DNA from: Ramazzottius varieornatus
Taxonomy: Eukaryota > Animalia > Tardigrada
Length of the DNA: 64,000 bases
Assembly (NCBI GenBank): GCA_001949185.1
Contig: BDGG01000003.1
Location: 2,111,663-2,175,662 of the forward strand
Direction: 5' to 3'
The translations under genes and the position numbers were made by a program. Numbering within the stretch: position 1 is the first letter of the stretch; each line of letters opens with the position of its first letter. The notes under the pieces were generated by a model. It searched no databases. It was not told the DNA's origin and saw only the letters and a list, made by a program, of their open reading frames with translations. Below are positions 15,242-28,348 of the stretch, in pieces.

Positions 15242-16214
15242 AAAATAGCAGCTCCAAAAGTGAACTAATGTGCTAGACCTTTTGAATGTGCTCTGACCAC
15301 TGGTCACACAGCATGGAACTTACTGGAGCGTCTAAGACGGTACCAATGTACTAGCTCCGTGTCCGATTTTTAAGGAGGCTTTCCGTCAGCTAGCTCTTGA
15401 GTAAAAGTTTGGTCTGTCACCTCAAGACACAATCTGGTCAAAAACGAAGTAGTTCTTCCAAGTTTTCAGAAAGCTGCTAGCCAGTTCACGTCTTTTTTAA
15501 CTTGAAGCGACAAGGTGCTCACTGCTTTAATACTCGTGGCTTACTGAGTGTCTTCGTGAGCCACGGGCGTTGCATCAGCCTACGCCGAAGTTTTAACCCC
15601 GGTCGCGACATTTTTTCCTTCCGAACTCTAAGGGTTGTTTCGCGAATATAATGAAGTACGCGCGATGTTTTAGGGGTATACACCAGCTCATCAATCAGCG
15701 CGTCCGTATTGCGAGAGCTCCGCCCAAAAAGCTGGCTTTCCAGCGGAGCTTTAGAATGAATCATAGACCACTTGATTCATCGTAGAAAGCTGTTCAGGCA
15801 TTCTAAAGCCCTTAATTTGGGGCGAACTATGGCAGGCCTGAGCTTATGGCGGAAGATCAAAGAAATGTCTTGGCACCGAAAGTGGTCTCTACCATTAGTC
15901 ATCTGCTGTACCGGTACGTACAGGCACAGTGCATTATTACGCCCTGTTGATCGTGCAGTGCCGTCAAGTGGTACTATCAACAGGGTTATCGATTCCGTAT
16001 TAATCAATACGCCAAAATCTTCGAATTGTGAGACAGATTTGATTGAACAAATCCGGAATCACGACTCATAACTCATCAAAAACTTGAAAAAACTGGTAAA
16101 ATCAGAAAAACTCGGGGAATCATACTGAGTGAAGGATTGTGCTGTCTGGAGCTCGAGCTTACTCTGATGAGTTTGCGAGTCAGGGTCCCTTGGGTATTAT
16201 ATGCCTCGAAAACG

Positions 16215-16793
16215 TAAGGTTGTAAATTCCAGGCCGAATGCCCTTGGAATGAAAAGAGGAAAGGAATTCCTAATATTCCTATTTCCTTCCCAAGAAGGTC
16301 CTCGCAAAAATCTGGAATTTCGAAATCCCATTTGAAAGTTAAGTTCTTTTTACATACCCATCTAAAACAGTAAACATGATCTGAATTCATCAACAAATAT
16401 TGGTTTTGAGACTGAAAGCCAGCTGGAGATTGGCCGATCCGAACTTTCGGTCTTGTCGGACCTGAAAGTCCAAGGGAAAATTAAGGACTTACGCACAGTT
16501 GAATGCGTTGCATGCTTTAGTGCGACAGATCGAAAATGCTTTCGGTCGTTCAAGTGAACGACCAACTAGCCTCAGTGGTGCGCATGTGTGAGCCAGCATC
16601 GGGTTCAGTTTTTCGACAGGATCTGCTGGATCTTCGACTGTTTACCTCGTGTAACTCCTAAGTTCACTCCGAATTCTGCTAGTTTTCCAAATAGGAATTC
16701 TACCGTTCCAAACGGCTACCCCTTGAAAAGGAACGGAATTCCAGGAATGGAACGGAATTTGGAAAGAAATGGAATCAGGGATTTACAACCTTA
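16215..16793. mobile_element. hAT-like MITE with GGAAT/ATTCC subterminal repeats
   Basis: Perfect 13-bp TIR TAAGGTTGTAAAT / ATTTACAACCTTA; degenerate 8-bp TSD (CGAAAACG vs TGAATACT). Confidence 0.65.
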
Positions 16794-16918
16794 TGAATAC
16801 TTGCTTCGTGCCAGACATCTGCCAGGCATTCCACGCGCATGGAACACAATTATATGAATATCCGAATTTCCAGAACAAACCGGTGTGAACTTTAACAATT
16901 TTGCAACGACGTGCCTAA

Positions 16919-17651
16919 GCTCTGTTTCATCTACCGATGGGTGGTACTTTTAGCCTCCTGGCCAACCCATCCAACATTCTTTATGGATTCTTTTACGGCC
17001 ACAGTTCTTAGTTCGCGAGGCGGGTCAACTTGGCCGTTTTAGAAAGTTAAGATCAGCTCTTAATCATCTCGCTACTGGGGAAGATCAACTGATAGGATCT
17101 CTGATCCTCAGTATGTACGATCCTCCACACAGTCGTACGCGTGAATTCGTCCCGGGTAGTGAGCACGCGGCAGACCGGCCAATCAACGGTCAGCTGTCAA
17201 TCAGTCGAGCATGAATGTGCAGTATCACACATGGTTAGNNNNNNNNNNNNNNNNNNNNNNNNNNNNNNNNNNNNNNNNNNNNNNNNNNTGTGCAGTATCA
17301 CACATGGTTAGCCCAGCGTGTCATTGATTACCTGATTATGTACTCATGCCGCAAATCTGTTAGACTGATTGACAGCTGACCGTTGATTGGCCGGTCTGCC
17401 GCGTGCTCACTACCCGGGACGAATTCACGCGTACGACTGTGTGGAGGATCGTACATACTGAGGATCAGAGATCCTATCAGTTGATCTTCCCCAGTAGCGA
17501 GATGATTAAGAGCTGATCTTAACTTTCTAAAACGGCCAAGTTGACCCGCCTCGCGAACTAAGAACTGTGGCCGTAAAAGAATCCATAAAGAATGTTGGAT
17601 GGGTTGGCCAGGAGGCTGAAAGTACCACTCATCGGTAGATGAAACTAGAGC
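16919..17651. mobile_element. Fold-back element with ~290-bp near-identical inverted arms around a gap
   Basis: 16919-17206 is the reverse complement of ~17362-17651 with only a few differences. Confidence 0.75.
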
Positions 17652-17654
17652 ACT

Positions 17655-18070
17655 GGGCCGCAGGTCCAAAAGTACGCTGTAACTGTGCTGCGCACATTAC
17701 CAGGGCGCTGTACGCTGCGCTGTGCTGCATAACTTTCATGCCCAGTGGCTAAGCAGCTGTGCTGCAGATGCATGTTGACCTGGTGCAACTGCGCGGAACG
17801 CCGATGTATTGACATGGTTTGTAATTCAGTCAGCGAAATCGGTAGTCAACCTGGAGAACGTTACCCTAAAGTACGGAAAAGCTGAGACGGCTGACGTTCG
17901 AATGCCCAAAAACTGTAATTTTTGTTAGGTTTCGGTAGGTGCATCTGGGCGGTAGTCTATGACTTTCTGCTGTATGCTGTGCTGTGCCGCACAAATTTCG
18001 CCAGTTCACGCACTGCAGCTGTGCTGCAGCACAGCACAGCTGCAGTGCAGTGCAGCGCATGAGGCCAGAT
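17655..18070. repeat. GCTGTGCTGCAGCACAGC-rich degenerate repeat or MITE
   Basis: Clusters of GCTGTGCTGCA/TGCAGCACAGC at both ends. Confidence 0.4.
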
Positions 18071-18434
18071 TCCGTGCTCTACATGAAACAGAGCTTAACG
18101 CCGCGCAGTTTTGTTCGGCGGTCGACGGTGAAAAATAAAACTTTGGGTATCGAGCCCATAATTCCCAGTTTCTCCGTATTTCGCGTTGCGTTTGTTGACG
18201 TGGCCGCGAAATTCGCTGAGTGAATTGTAGAATTTCCCTTTTTCTGATTTTTCGGTACGGCGCGGAGTAGCCAGAACTTGCAGCGCAGGTACCTGTCCGC
18301 TTTGCAGAAAATCTTTTAATAATAATAAATGCTTTACTCGTGTATGATCGCCAGCAGATTAGCTCAGCCTTGGACACAAGATGAAAGGACGGCAAGAGAG
18401 CCAAAGAAAAAGTTTCAGATCTAAAACATAACGA

Positions 18435-18830
18435 CTACTTTAAACAATCATCGATGTTGTTTTCGCACCAAGAGAAGCTCCGCAGATCGGGACAATCTAG
18501 AAAGGACTTGAAGGCAGGAAGACTTTTGCAGCTTGCAGAGGAGGGACAGAAATGTTTATTATTGACCAGTGCAGATGCAACGTAGGCAAAGCTATCAGAG
18601 GCTACTTTCGAAAGTTCTAGTTCTTTGATTCTTGATGTCGGCACTACCCGGACTCTTCCTTGGGAAGCTTTTGCTGCATTCTGGCTCCTCGTCGTTGCCC
18701 GAGCAGGAGCAGGAGAATCTGGCAGTGCGAGTACCGTAGAGCGCAGTGTACTTTTAGACTTACGGCCCGTGTACAGGGGGACGACACGGGCCTGCCATCT
18801 ACGAAAATTAACAATCACTGATCTAGCAAT
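18435..18830 (-). mobile_element. Probable 3' remnant of a non-LTR retrotransposon ORF2 (CR1/L2-like)
   Basis: Translation ...TRSQN...VPTSRIKELE...SDSFAYVASALVN...SCKSLPAFKSFL resembles the SFxxxxxxLWNxLP...SLxxFKxxL tail of LINE ORF2 proteins. Confidence 0.45.
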
Positions 18831-19604
18831 AACATAAGCAGTGCTTTGAGTTCGAGCAGAGAACGCAGCGCCCGTAGCTACAGTACACAACTGTGGATCC
18901 TATAACGATTTAACCTGGGCGTTTCGTTACCAATCCCAGTGGATATAGGGNNNNNNNNNNNNNNNNNNNNNNNNNNNNNNNNNNNNNNNNNNNNNNNNNN
19001 ACCCTATGGTATCCACTGGCCAATCCTATAGATTCGTTGATTTTCGCGGAGGGCAGGCCGTGTTGTGTCCCGGTACATCCATGCTGATCTGCTCGGCCCG
19101 AGCAGTGAGGGGTTTTCCTCCTTTGGATCATTTGGATGAGATCATTCTGCTGTTCTGGACGTCTTCTGGAAGGAAGATTATCGTAATCCGATTTTCCATT
19201 ATGTTGCTAGTGCCAACAATGTGGGTTTACATACCTGATCCCTGAGTTTACATAATTCTTATATTTCAGGACTTTGTGACGCAAAGGAACTGATAGCGTG
19301 CACTGCTGGGTTGTTCTTGTGTGCTGTTCTGCATGGCGTGTGGCGTTGTCGCTGTCACTCGCTGAGTCAGCCATCAAAGTCTCTACGCGCAAGCTTCACC
19401 GGTCGATTGAGCCGTATCTACTTTCGTCATTTTAATTAACCCACCGTCAATCAAAGCCCCCGAGAGCTCGAAAGATTGATGAAGTGTGGAGTTCGGTGAG
19501 CCGATCCCTGTAAATTCTCTACTATCATCTCTGGACAAAATTGTCATCCCTTATAGTGTTGCGCGGGTGTTCACTGTACCTGGACGACCGAAGAAGGCAG
19601 CAAG

Positions 19605-21310
19605 ATGAGGTTCGGGAAGACGGGAAGGCTGCTGGCCATGTTGGGTGTGACCACCAGTTTCTTTCTGGTGGAGTTGATTGTGGGATACTTGACCCATTCT
19701 ATGGCGCTTGTTGCTGATTCCTTTCACATGCTGAGCGATGTGATGGCATTACTGGTTGCTTTCCTTTCCGTCAGAATATCCAAGAGAACGAGTACCAAGA
19801 ATACTTTCGGATGGGCACGCGCAGAAGTGTTGGGAGCTCTTGTCAACTCTGTGTTCCTCATCGCCTTGTGCTTCTCCATCTTTGTCGAAGCTATCCAACG
19901 CTTTCATGAGAACGAAGGAATTTCTAATCCGAAATTGGTCCTGATTGTGGGATGTATTGGTTTGGCTGTCAACTTAGTTGGGCTGCTGTTGTTCCATCGT
20001 AAGTCTGCCTGAACGACTTTCCGATGAATTTGTTGCGAGTATCGCCGTCCAGAACTTTCCCATAAGCTTCTGTGTATTTTAGAACACACTGGAGGTGACG
20101 GACACGGGCATGGACACGGTCACGGTGGACACAGCCCCAGCCATGATCACTCCAAAGACGCGAAGAAGAAGGAAAAGAAGGCTTCGGATGATGTTCCAGA
20201 ATCCGAGCACGCTCTGATGGCTCGTCAAGATGGAACATCAGCAACGGCGAACGGTCATGTTCACGCTGCAGAAGACCAGGAAGGATCGGATGAACTGCCC
20301 GAACCTAGAATAGGTATGTCTTCCATCGTTTTTCCTGGTTTTCCACCAAGATATTCCAGTTTAGTACGACGTGGCGCAGTTCGCGCATGCAGAACGTCAC
20401 TGTGCATCGAGAAGGGCTGGGTAAATTCGCGGATTAAGTTAGCTTGCAATGGCCGATGGTGTCGTGCGTGAGTCTACCGGGTAAAATGAAGTGTTACGAA
20501 ATTTGGCCATAAGTACTGTATGTTTTCATTCTGTTTGTAGCCAGCAGTTCGCAGCTGAACATGCGAGGAGTCTTTCTCCACGTTCTGGGTGACGCTCTGG
20601 GTTCCTGCGTGGTGATCATCTCGGCGCTGATCATCTGGTTCACGGACTGGGAGTACGAAAACTACATCGATCCAGCCATGAGTATCCTGATGGTCATGAT
20701 TATTTCGTACACCACCATTCCCCTTCTGCGCGAGTCCGCCCTCATTCTCATGCAAACAGTTCCTACACACATCGAAATAGAAGAGATCAAATCACACTTG
20801 CTCAAGATCGAAGGAGTTCACGCTGTCCACGAGCTGCACATCTGGCAGCTAGCCGGCGATCGTATCATCGCTTCCGCCCACATTCGTTGTCATAACCTAC
20901 AAGAGTACATGGAAGTAGCCGTTAAAGTCAAGCAGTTCTTTCACAATGAGGGCATCCACTCGACCACCATTCAACCAGAGTTCGAAGAGAATCCTCTAGA
21001 GGCAGCAGGAACATCAGCCATTTCCCAGTTGAACACCATGTCCAACTGCATCATTCCTTGTCCACCAGACTTGGCCAAGAACTGCTCCACTTCCGTCTGC
21101 TGTAGACCGACGGCCAATGGTAAAGTCGTCGTCGTGACAAACACTAACAACCCTACTGTCTCTTTAGATCAGAACGTCCGAGCATTGGAGCAAGTTCTGA
21201 CGCCGGGCTCGAGGAGGACCTCGAGGAACATGGAGGAAGTCTCACCGCCACCTTACAATGCGGTAGCTCTTTCGAAGACGGAAGATACCGTGGTCCCCAG
21301 AGAGTTATGA
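19605..21310 (+). CDS. SLC30A1: Zinc transporter ZnT1/ZnT63C (CDF family); exons 19605-19998, 20083-20313, 20541-21310
   Basis: ALVADSFHMLSD, KNTFGWARAEVLGALVN, His-rich loop (GHGHGHGHGGH), LNMRGVFLHVLGDALGS, HELHIWQL and GIHSTTIQPEF; splices in frame. Confidence 0.95.
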
Positions 21311-21919
21311 TTGACTGTATCTGATAGCCTTTGAAGTATCGTAAATCCTACAGTGCAGCGCGGTGCGATGCATCCTAGCCCGTGGTGAAGCTACTTAAGA
21401 TCGACTGTGATCGTTTACCCATATTATACCACTGTTGTCTCCTTTTTCTTAACTGTCCCTTTGATAACGAGATTAATCGATAACCGTTTTTGCTGTTTCC
21501 TTCGCCTGGGTGAATTGATTTCTTCCACCAGAGTCGATACACAGATACAGTACTTGGTGATTTTATCCGTTTTGTACTAGGTTTCCGCATTTCCCGCACC
21601 TTCTTCTACTTCATCCCATATCGTTTTTCTTCTTATCCAGGTTCCGAAATAAATTAATCGGAGGAATCTGCCGAGAAGTCTTCTCGAGCGACGCATTCAG
21701 TAGATTCTTTGCTTCAAGCACACTTTTTTGGTGTTTCACACTCAGTTCAGACAGGCTTCCAACAAGTTACAGCCGAGGGAACAAATACGCTCGGGAAAAG
21801 AAGCGAGAATTTCAAAGGACATGTTGTGTAAAAGAACTTGATTGGGGAAAGACTTCAACCAGTAAAACCATCAAAAGAGCTTACAAATATCTCAGAAAGA
21901 TAAAAAAACAGCCTTACAC

Positions 21920-23548
21920 TCACTCGATGTTCACTGTTTTGCCCATGCCATCATCGGTGGGTCTCCCCACTCGTCTCTGCACAGCCACAGGAGCTTCGTC
22001 TCTTCCCTTCTCCAGGTTTTTTCTTCGGAAGAATCCCTTGAAGAACTCGTAGCTACTGATCATGATGGCACAAGACGGTGCCACTTTGCCTATTCGAGGT
22101 GCCACACCGGAGAAGAGCGACGTGATGCCTCTCTCCCGGAAAAGCTTCATCATCAGTCCTAGCGTGCTCGTGATCGGCTTGCAAGAGACTTTGTCGCGGT
22201 TAGCGGACAGCATTTGACCAAGCTCGATCTGTCGATGGGTCTTCACCACATCGAAGGGAAGGGTGGCTACGCCGGCGATGGTTCCTGCTGTGGCACCACA
22301 TGCGAAGGCCCATACGAACGGAAGGTCGTCGTCGGCGTGACGCTCTTTCACTTTACTCTTGAACGTCTCGTAACAAAGCCAGTACAAACCTGAGAGCGAG
22401 ACCATAGCCACTCCATAATTTTCTCAAGTTTCCTGGGACTTATCTACTTACAGGAAAACGGAACGTCGCGAAGAACTGTGGGTCCCCATCCGCGCCATAA
22501 CGACAGAATACCGTCCTGCTTCACTGTGGCGGAAACGGCTTTCTGAAGATCTATAAAACACGAGGACAAGCTGTAAAAAATACAGATACAGAGTTGAAAA
22601 TGCAAGCTGAACATGCAAAGAGAGCCTACAGACACCACAAACGCACTTACATCGATAACTGAGTTTCTCTGACTGCAGTTTGGTCCTTATGAGTTCGACA
22701 GGGCTAACAACGGAAACCGCGCACACTGCAAAGAGAGAACACGAACTGAAATGCGACCTTGCCGAAATTAAACTTGGCTGAGGATACGGAGGACGGAAGA
22801 AAGACAGTACCTCTTGCGACCGCACCGGCGAGAATGGGAACAAATACGCTATCTTTGTGCCTTGACAGCGATAGACGGTATTTGATCTGTTCGTAGGTCG
22901 TAAAATATAATACTGTCGAAGGGACTACCATCAGCCTGCAAAAAGATCAGCCCTTCGTACATTAGAAGATCAACACAAACAAAATGACGATGATGAAGGA
23001 CTTACAGCGTCGGCGGAAGTCCTGCCCAAAGAGACCTTACTCCTTCCTGCCTCGATACTTTCACCAAGGTGTCCTGCAGAGAAAACCGAGAACGAGTTAC
23101 TGTTCAAACTGGCCGGTTGCGCAGCTAGAAAAAAAGTCCACGGTACGATTCTCAATGTGGGACTAACCAGGGTCCCATTGAATCGCGGTGTGGGACTACT
23201 CCGCGGTATCGCCGCGCGTCCAGCAGCGCCATCGATAACGTGACAGTCATGGTGCCCCAAAAAGGCTGTGTAACAGACGGCGCACACTTCTTGCTGAAGT
23301 CCCTTTACCTGGCTTTGCAGTCGAACCTTCACGACGTCCAGCGGAGTTGCTGCGAACGAAAGAGCGTTAGTGGAAAATCCGAACAGCTGATTTAAATGCT
23401 TACTGAAAACTGACGTCAGCATCGCTCCCGTGGACGAGGCAATAATCTGTTGCGCAGGAGTGATCCCGTTCACGTTCATGATTAACGGTGTATCCGGCTT
23501 CAGAAGGATAGCAGAAACGTCTGTGAAGTAACTCCCGAACGAGTCCAT
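21920..23548 (-). CDS. SLC25A40: Mitochondrial carrier SLC25A39/40 (Shawn-like); alternative start at 23479
   Basis: [74 protein letters not shown] and [14 protein letters not shown]: three carrier repeats plus a Cys-containing loop. Confidence 0.92.
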
Positions 23549-23999
23549 CCAGATAACCTTCGCTTCCTGTGGACAAATGCGGTCGGGGTGCGATCAAACA
23601 TTGCCAGAAGCGATTTTGTTTTGCGAAATCAACAGCGAGAAAAATAATTATTATCATGAAAATAATTGAGAAGTATTCTTTCCAAGTCACTGGCGAGTAC
23701 CAGCAAAGTACAAGTCATCTGAAAAGCCTACTCCTACTTCCGATGGGGGAATTGGAGGAAATGAGTAGGATGACATGTGTGACCAAAGTAAGACTTACTA
23801 GACTTCAGTAACCGGCAAAATATTCGTGACGTTTTTCTCCATCCGATTTATCGCCGTTTTTCTTCTCCGGGTTTTCCTGACTTTCTTCGCACTCACGGTT
23901 CTTCTGATCTTTTTTTTCCGCAAGAGAATCTTCAGGCAAGTTGGAGGCATCGGACGCTTTCGAGGAGTACCTTTGACCGTCACCGTTTGAACACCAATC

Positions 24000-24677
24000 A
24001 TGGCTCCACGAAAGGGAAAGGTACAGAAAGAAGAAGTCGTCACTACATTGGGACCTCCTGGCCTTGCGGAAGGAGAGTTGGTCTTCGGTGTTGCCCATAT
24101 TTATGCCAGCTTCAACGACACCTTTGTCCACATTACCGACTTGTCCGGAAGGTAAAAACGACGATTATTGATAGAAGAAGGTTCCAAAGCAATCTCGTGA
24201 TTTCCGTCGGCATTTCACCACAGCATGTGGCTGCTTGATTGATCGTGCGCTTCTGTTAACCCGTTGATTGATTTTGACTGTTCCTTGCAGAGAAACTATT
24301 GCTCGTGTAACTGGTGGTATGAAGGTGAAGGCGGACCGAGATGAATCCAGCCCTTACGCTGCTATGTTGGCTGCCCAGGACGTCGTGGAACAGTGCAAGA
24401 AGGTCGGTATTACCGCTGTTCATGTCAAGATTCGAGCTACTGGAGGCACAAAGACCAAGACACCTGGACCAGGTGCACAGTCTGCTTTGAGAGCTATGGC
24501 TCGCGCAGGCATGAGAATTGGACGCATTGGTATGTTCGTCTCACGTTCCAGATCTGTTTGATGGGACAGTACTCCCTTACGTTGGTTGATGTTGCATTTT
24601 TTCTTGCAGAGGATGTTACACCAGTTCCATCGGATTGTACTCGACGAAAGGGTGGTCGTCGTGGACGTCGTTTATAA
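24000..24677 (+). CDS. RPS14: 40S ribosomal protein S14 (uS11), 3 coding exons
   Basis: [12 protein letters not shown]...[52 protein letters not shown]...[11 protein letters not shown]. Confidence 0.98.
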
Positions 24678-25580
24678 TATGCTTTTCGATTCGCTGGGTT
24701 ATTCTTTCTTACTTCTGTTTCGAACGTCGAATGTATGAACTGAGAGGATGGGATGTTGTTTCGTGAAATAAAAAGCTGTCTCTTCCGCGCTCGGCCGTTT
24801 CCGTTTGTCGGTAGATAGCAAGAGTATACTGTCGTGATATAGAACTCGAAAACAGCTGTCGAGCTTGCAGAATGTAAATCGTGGCGGAACTTCCTGACCA
24901 GAGCTGCACAGAAGTGAATGAGAAAACCAGTGAGCAATCGAGGAAGTCACCGAAAATTGATGGTTGGGCTTCATCGCTTAGGTTAATGGCGGGGTGACGA
25001 GTGGTGAGCCAGAGGACTTCACCGTTTGTCTCCACAGAGTTGTTGAGCTTCCCAGCTACGGATACTATAAGTTAGCGGCTCAGCGGAAAGTCGAGCGAAA
25101 AGTTCTGTTCGTCCTAGTTCCTCACGGTCATGATTTCAGGCGCTGTATTGGAATTTATACTTATCAAGTCTGCATGCAATGATAAATGAAAGAAGCGCAA
25201 AGAATGGAAAGGCGCAGTTGAACTCTGTAGAAGAGAACGACAGTGTTATCAGAGTGACCCTGGTATTATTTTGTCAAATTGGACGGTGGAGGCACCGAAA
25301 AAACGGCCAGAAAAGACGGGTGAAGCTCCACCAGGGAGCGTGAAAACGGAAAAGGAAACCAATATCATTACAACCTATGAATGTTTTTTCGATAGAATGA
25401 GTTACGTATGTTATCGTTGAGTAAATACCCGATCCATTCACTGATCAGAGATATGAGGAACTGCGAACTCTAATGAAGAGAATCGGCTCAAGATGAATTT
25501 AGCTAACAATATCAGTGAGAGTGGCCATTACCCCACGAGAAGCGAAAGGATCTTCGAGACATGTTTCGTGCAGTTCTTTC

Positions 25581-26978
25581 TTACGTTGAGCGATTTCGAC
25601 AAACCAGATGTCGCATAGCGGCGGACTGAATCACTACAGGGTCCAGTATGTTCTCGTAGGCTGCAGGCAAAGTCATTTCTTGGGTTCGCCCGACGTCCGC
25701 GACCTAGTATATGATGATAATGATTTCATACAACACAGTGCCATGGAGGTTCCGCCAGGTATCTATCATCTTAATAGCGTCAAATTTCGATTTGAAAGAA
25801 ACACAAAAGGATTCAAGGGAAGCTGCAGATAGATTCACGAACCTTTTCCGCTGCAACGACCAATGCTTCGGACCGTTGAATAAGTCCCATTAGCTTGGAA
25901 GTCTTCTCTGTTATCAGCTTCCTTTTCCGGTACTCCTCCTCTTTTAGTTTGGTCATTTCTTTAGCTCCATACTGCAGAGCCTTCTTGACTTCCTTTGGCA
26001 GTTCCGCATGCATTACCAGAGCGTTCTCTGGGTTTCTCATCTTGATTCTACGGCCACAATACAGACTAACTTAGGCAATTCACCTTCATCCAGCCATCCT
26101 TCCACAACACATAAAATAATTGTATGTTCAGCTTACAATTTTTCCTTGAACCTTTCTGGTTCTTCCTTCCACTTCGCAACTTCACTCAGCGCCAGTCTGA
26201 GCCCCTCGAACTCTAGATTGTTCAAAACTTCCTCTTGAGCATCCTGGACCGTTCTTTCTCTCCAGTCTTTCAGCCTATTATGCAAATTTTCCCGAAAATG
26301 CTGAGTGAAATTCGGCACAGCTTTCTCCAACTGATAATTCCTGAACAATACCAAAACAGCATTACAGGACAGATCGGACAGTGAATTAGACTTGTCAACT
26401 TACAGGTCGTATAAGGTTGGTACGGCTTCTTCGACAGCATCTTTCGTGGCGTTGCGCGCTTTATCCACGGCAATGGGTTCCAGCGGAAACATGGATCGTC
26501 TCAAGCCAGGAATCTGCGTCTCCGACATCTGCGTTAAGGATTCCAAGTCTGAGGACTGGGTAGAAGTATCGTAGGAGGATCTGGAGGAACTCATCCAGTC
26601 CGTAAAGGCAGAGTGAGAAGATCGACTGAAGATCGAAGACTGCGCTTGTCGTGACTCGATCTCAGCGATGCGAGCTTTGACGATGCTTCCCCTGTTCTCG
26701 ACAGGAGCCTCTTCTAGCATATCCTGGTGTAGGCTAGCCAGCAAGGCATCGCCATTCTGATGGAAGCGATGCTCGAAATGAGAGCGTCTGGAGTCGCCGT
26801 AAATGGGAGTGGGGGGAGAGTGGTTGTTGTTATCGTAAGGAGTAGATGGGGAAGTCTTGCTCCGAAGAGACAACTCGCTGTCCATGGTAGGAGAAGGGCA
26901 GGTAGCTGCACGGACATCTTGACATAGTGGATGGCTATTCCTCCTGACGAGTGGCCTTCTTTCGCGGATAGCCTCCAT
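25581..26978 (-). CDS. Uncharacterised multi-exon protein (Ser-rich N-terminus, helical/coiled-coil C-terminus); 3' end uncertain
   Basis: Three ORFs (26400-26978, ~26136-26341, ~25843-26048) join in frame through GT-AG sites (..YDL|NYQ.., ..EKL|IKMR..); no family recognised. Confidence 0.55.
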
Positions 26979-27373
26979 CCCAGAAGAATGACAGTTGTCG
27001 TCCTTTCGGTTGCCCCTTCGGTCGTCCAGTTAACTGCAACAAATGTTGCCAACGTTGTAGTATCTGCAGTTATTCCTGAACGACAGATGTAGAAGATTGT
27101 ACAGAGTTGGGGTGATGGAAGAGAAGTATAACGCCACTAAGCTTAACCTGCCTTCATCAACTCGCGCACGTTGCGTTGCATCCTTTGGCCCTTTCTATTG
27201 AGCACCAGGTTGATTTCTTTCTCAGGTGAAGCAAAGAGGAAAACGCGCTACTTTTGGCTTTGATTGATAGTTAGCAGAAGCCTACCGAGGATAAACAAGT
27301 ATAACAACGCAGTTCCCCCTTTCTGACCGGAGGTAAACCATCTCGGCCGGCCGAAAAAACCGGATTCAGTTCA

Positions 27374-28348
27374 CGAGGGGATTATGCCTGTCCTCCGCCT
27401 TCCCGGAATATTCTGGTATGATAGAATGGTAGAGAAGAGTCTGCTCCATCATCTGAAACTGGCGTAGACTGCCGAATGAAATCCTGGAAGCCTATACAGG
27501 AACCGGAAGTGACGTCAAAATCTGGGCGGTACATAGTTAGTCAATCAAGCGGTTTGATTTCCATGTGGTTGATTCGTTGCTGATTGACAGAGCTACATCG
27601 TGCTTTAGCATGCAAGCTAATCACTTCTGCTATTGAGAATCCCTTTCTCCTCTTCTTCTTCTTCCGATAGCACCATGGATCCAGTTAACCCCTTCAACAT
27701 TTTGAAACTACTGCAGTCCGACTACGAGCAACATTTTCAACTGAGCGACCCTCCGAGCGAATTTGACAGAATGTTAAAGACATTCATCAAGGGTACTGTA
27801 AACTTTCACCGATATATCGCTATTTTAAAGCATGTCTCAAGCTTGATCTTGTACTTAGACGTCCAGANNNNNNNNNNNNNNNNNNNNNNNNNNNNNNNNN
27901 NNNNNNNNNNNNNNNNNACGATACCGCTCAAAGGCACAAGCCACATACAGCCACTGGACGTTCTCAGATTCGATCGGAGGGTCGCTCAGTTGAGAATGTT
28001 GCTCGTAGTCCGACTGCAGTAGTTACTGCAGTAGTTACTGGATCCATGGTGCTATCGGAAGGAGAAGAAGAGGAGAAAGGGATTCTCAATAGCAGAAGTG
28101 ATTAGCTTGCATGCTAAAGCACGATGTAGCTCTGTCAATCAGCAACGAATCAACCACATGGAAATCAAACCGCTTGATTGACTAACTATGTACCGCCCAG
28201 ATTTTGACGTCACTTCCGGTTCCTGTATAGGCTTCCAGGATTTCATTCGGCAGTCTACGCCAGTTTCAGATGATGGAGCAGACTCTTCTCTACCATTCTA
28301 TCATACCAGAATATTCCGGGAAGGCGGAGGACAGGCATAATCCCCTCG
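27374..28348. mobile_element. Tc4/Tc5-like transposon derivative with 312-bp inverted arms (two left ends) and TCA target duplication
   Basis: 27374-27685 is the reverse complement of 28037-28348 (one mismatch); TCA direct repeat at 27371-27373 and 28349-28351. The outer ~160 bp are homologous to 11520-11680. The interior has the ORF start MDPVNPFNIL... and, after the gap, TIPLKGTSHIQPLDV (third catalytic D region). Confidence 0.85.

Noticed and set aside
13713-15257. ORFs rich in I/R/Y/D or W/F/G/K/P
   Set aside because: Translations of CGATA and AAACCA subterminal repeats of MITEs.
18890-19053. Short inverted match CCAGTGGATA..TAGGG across the third gap
   Set aside because: Too short and interrupted by Ns to define an element.
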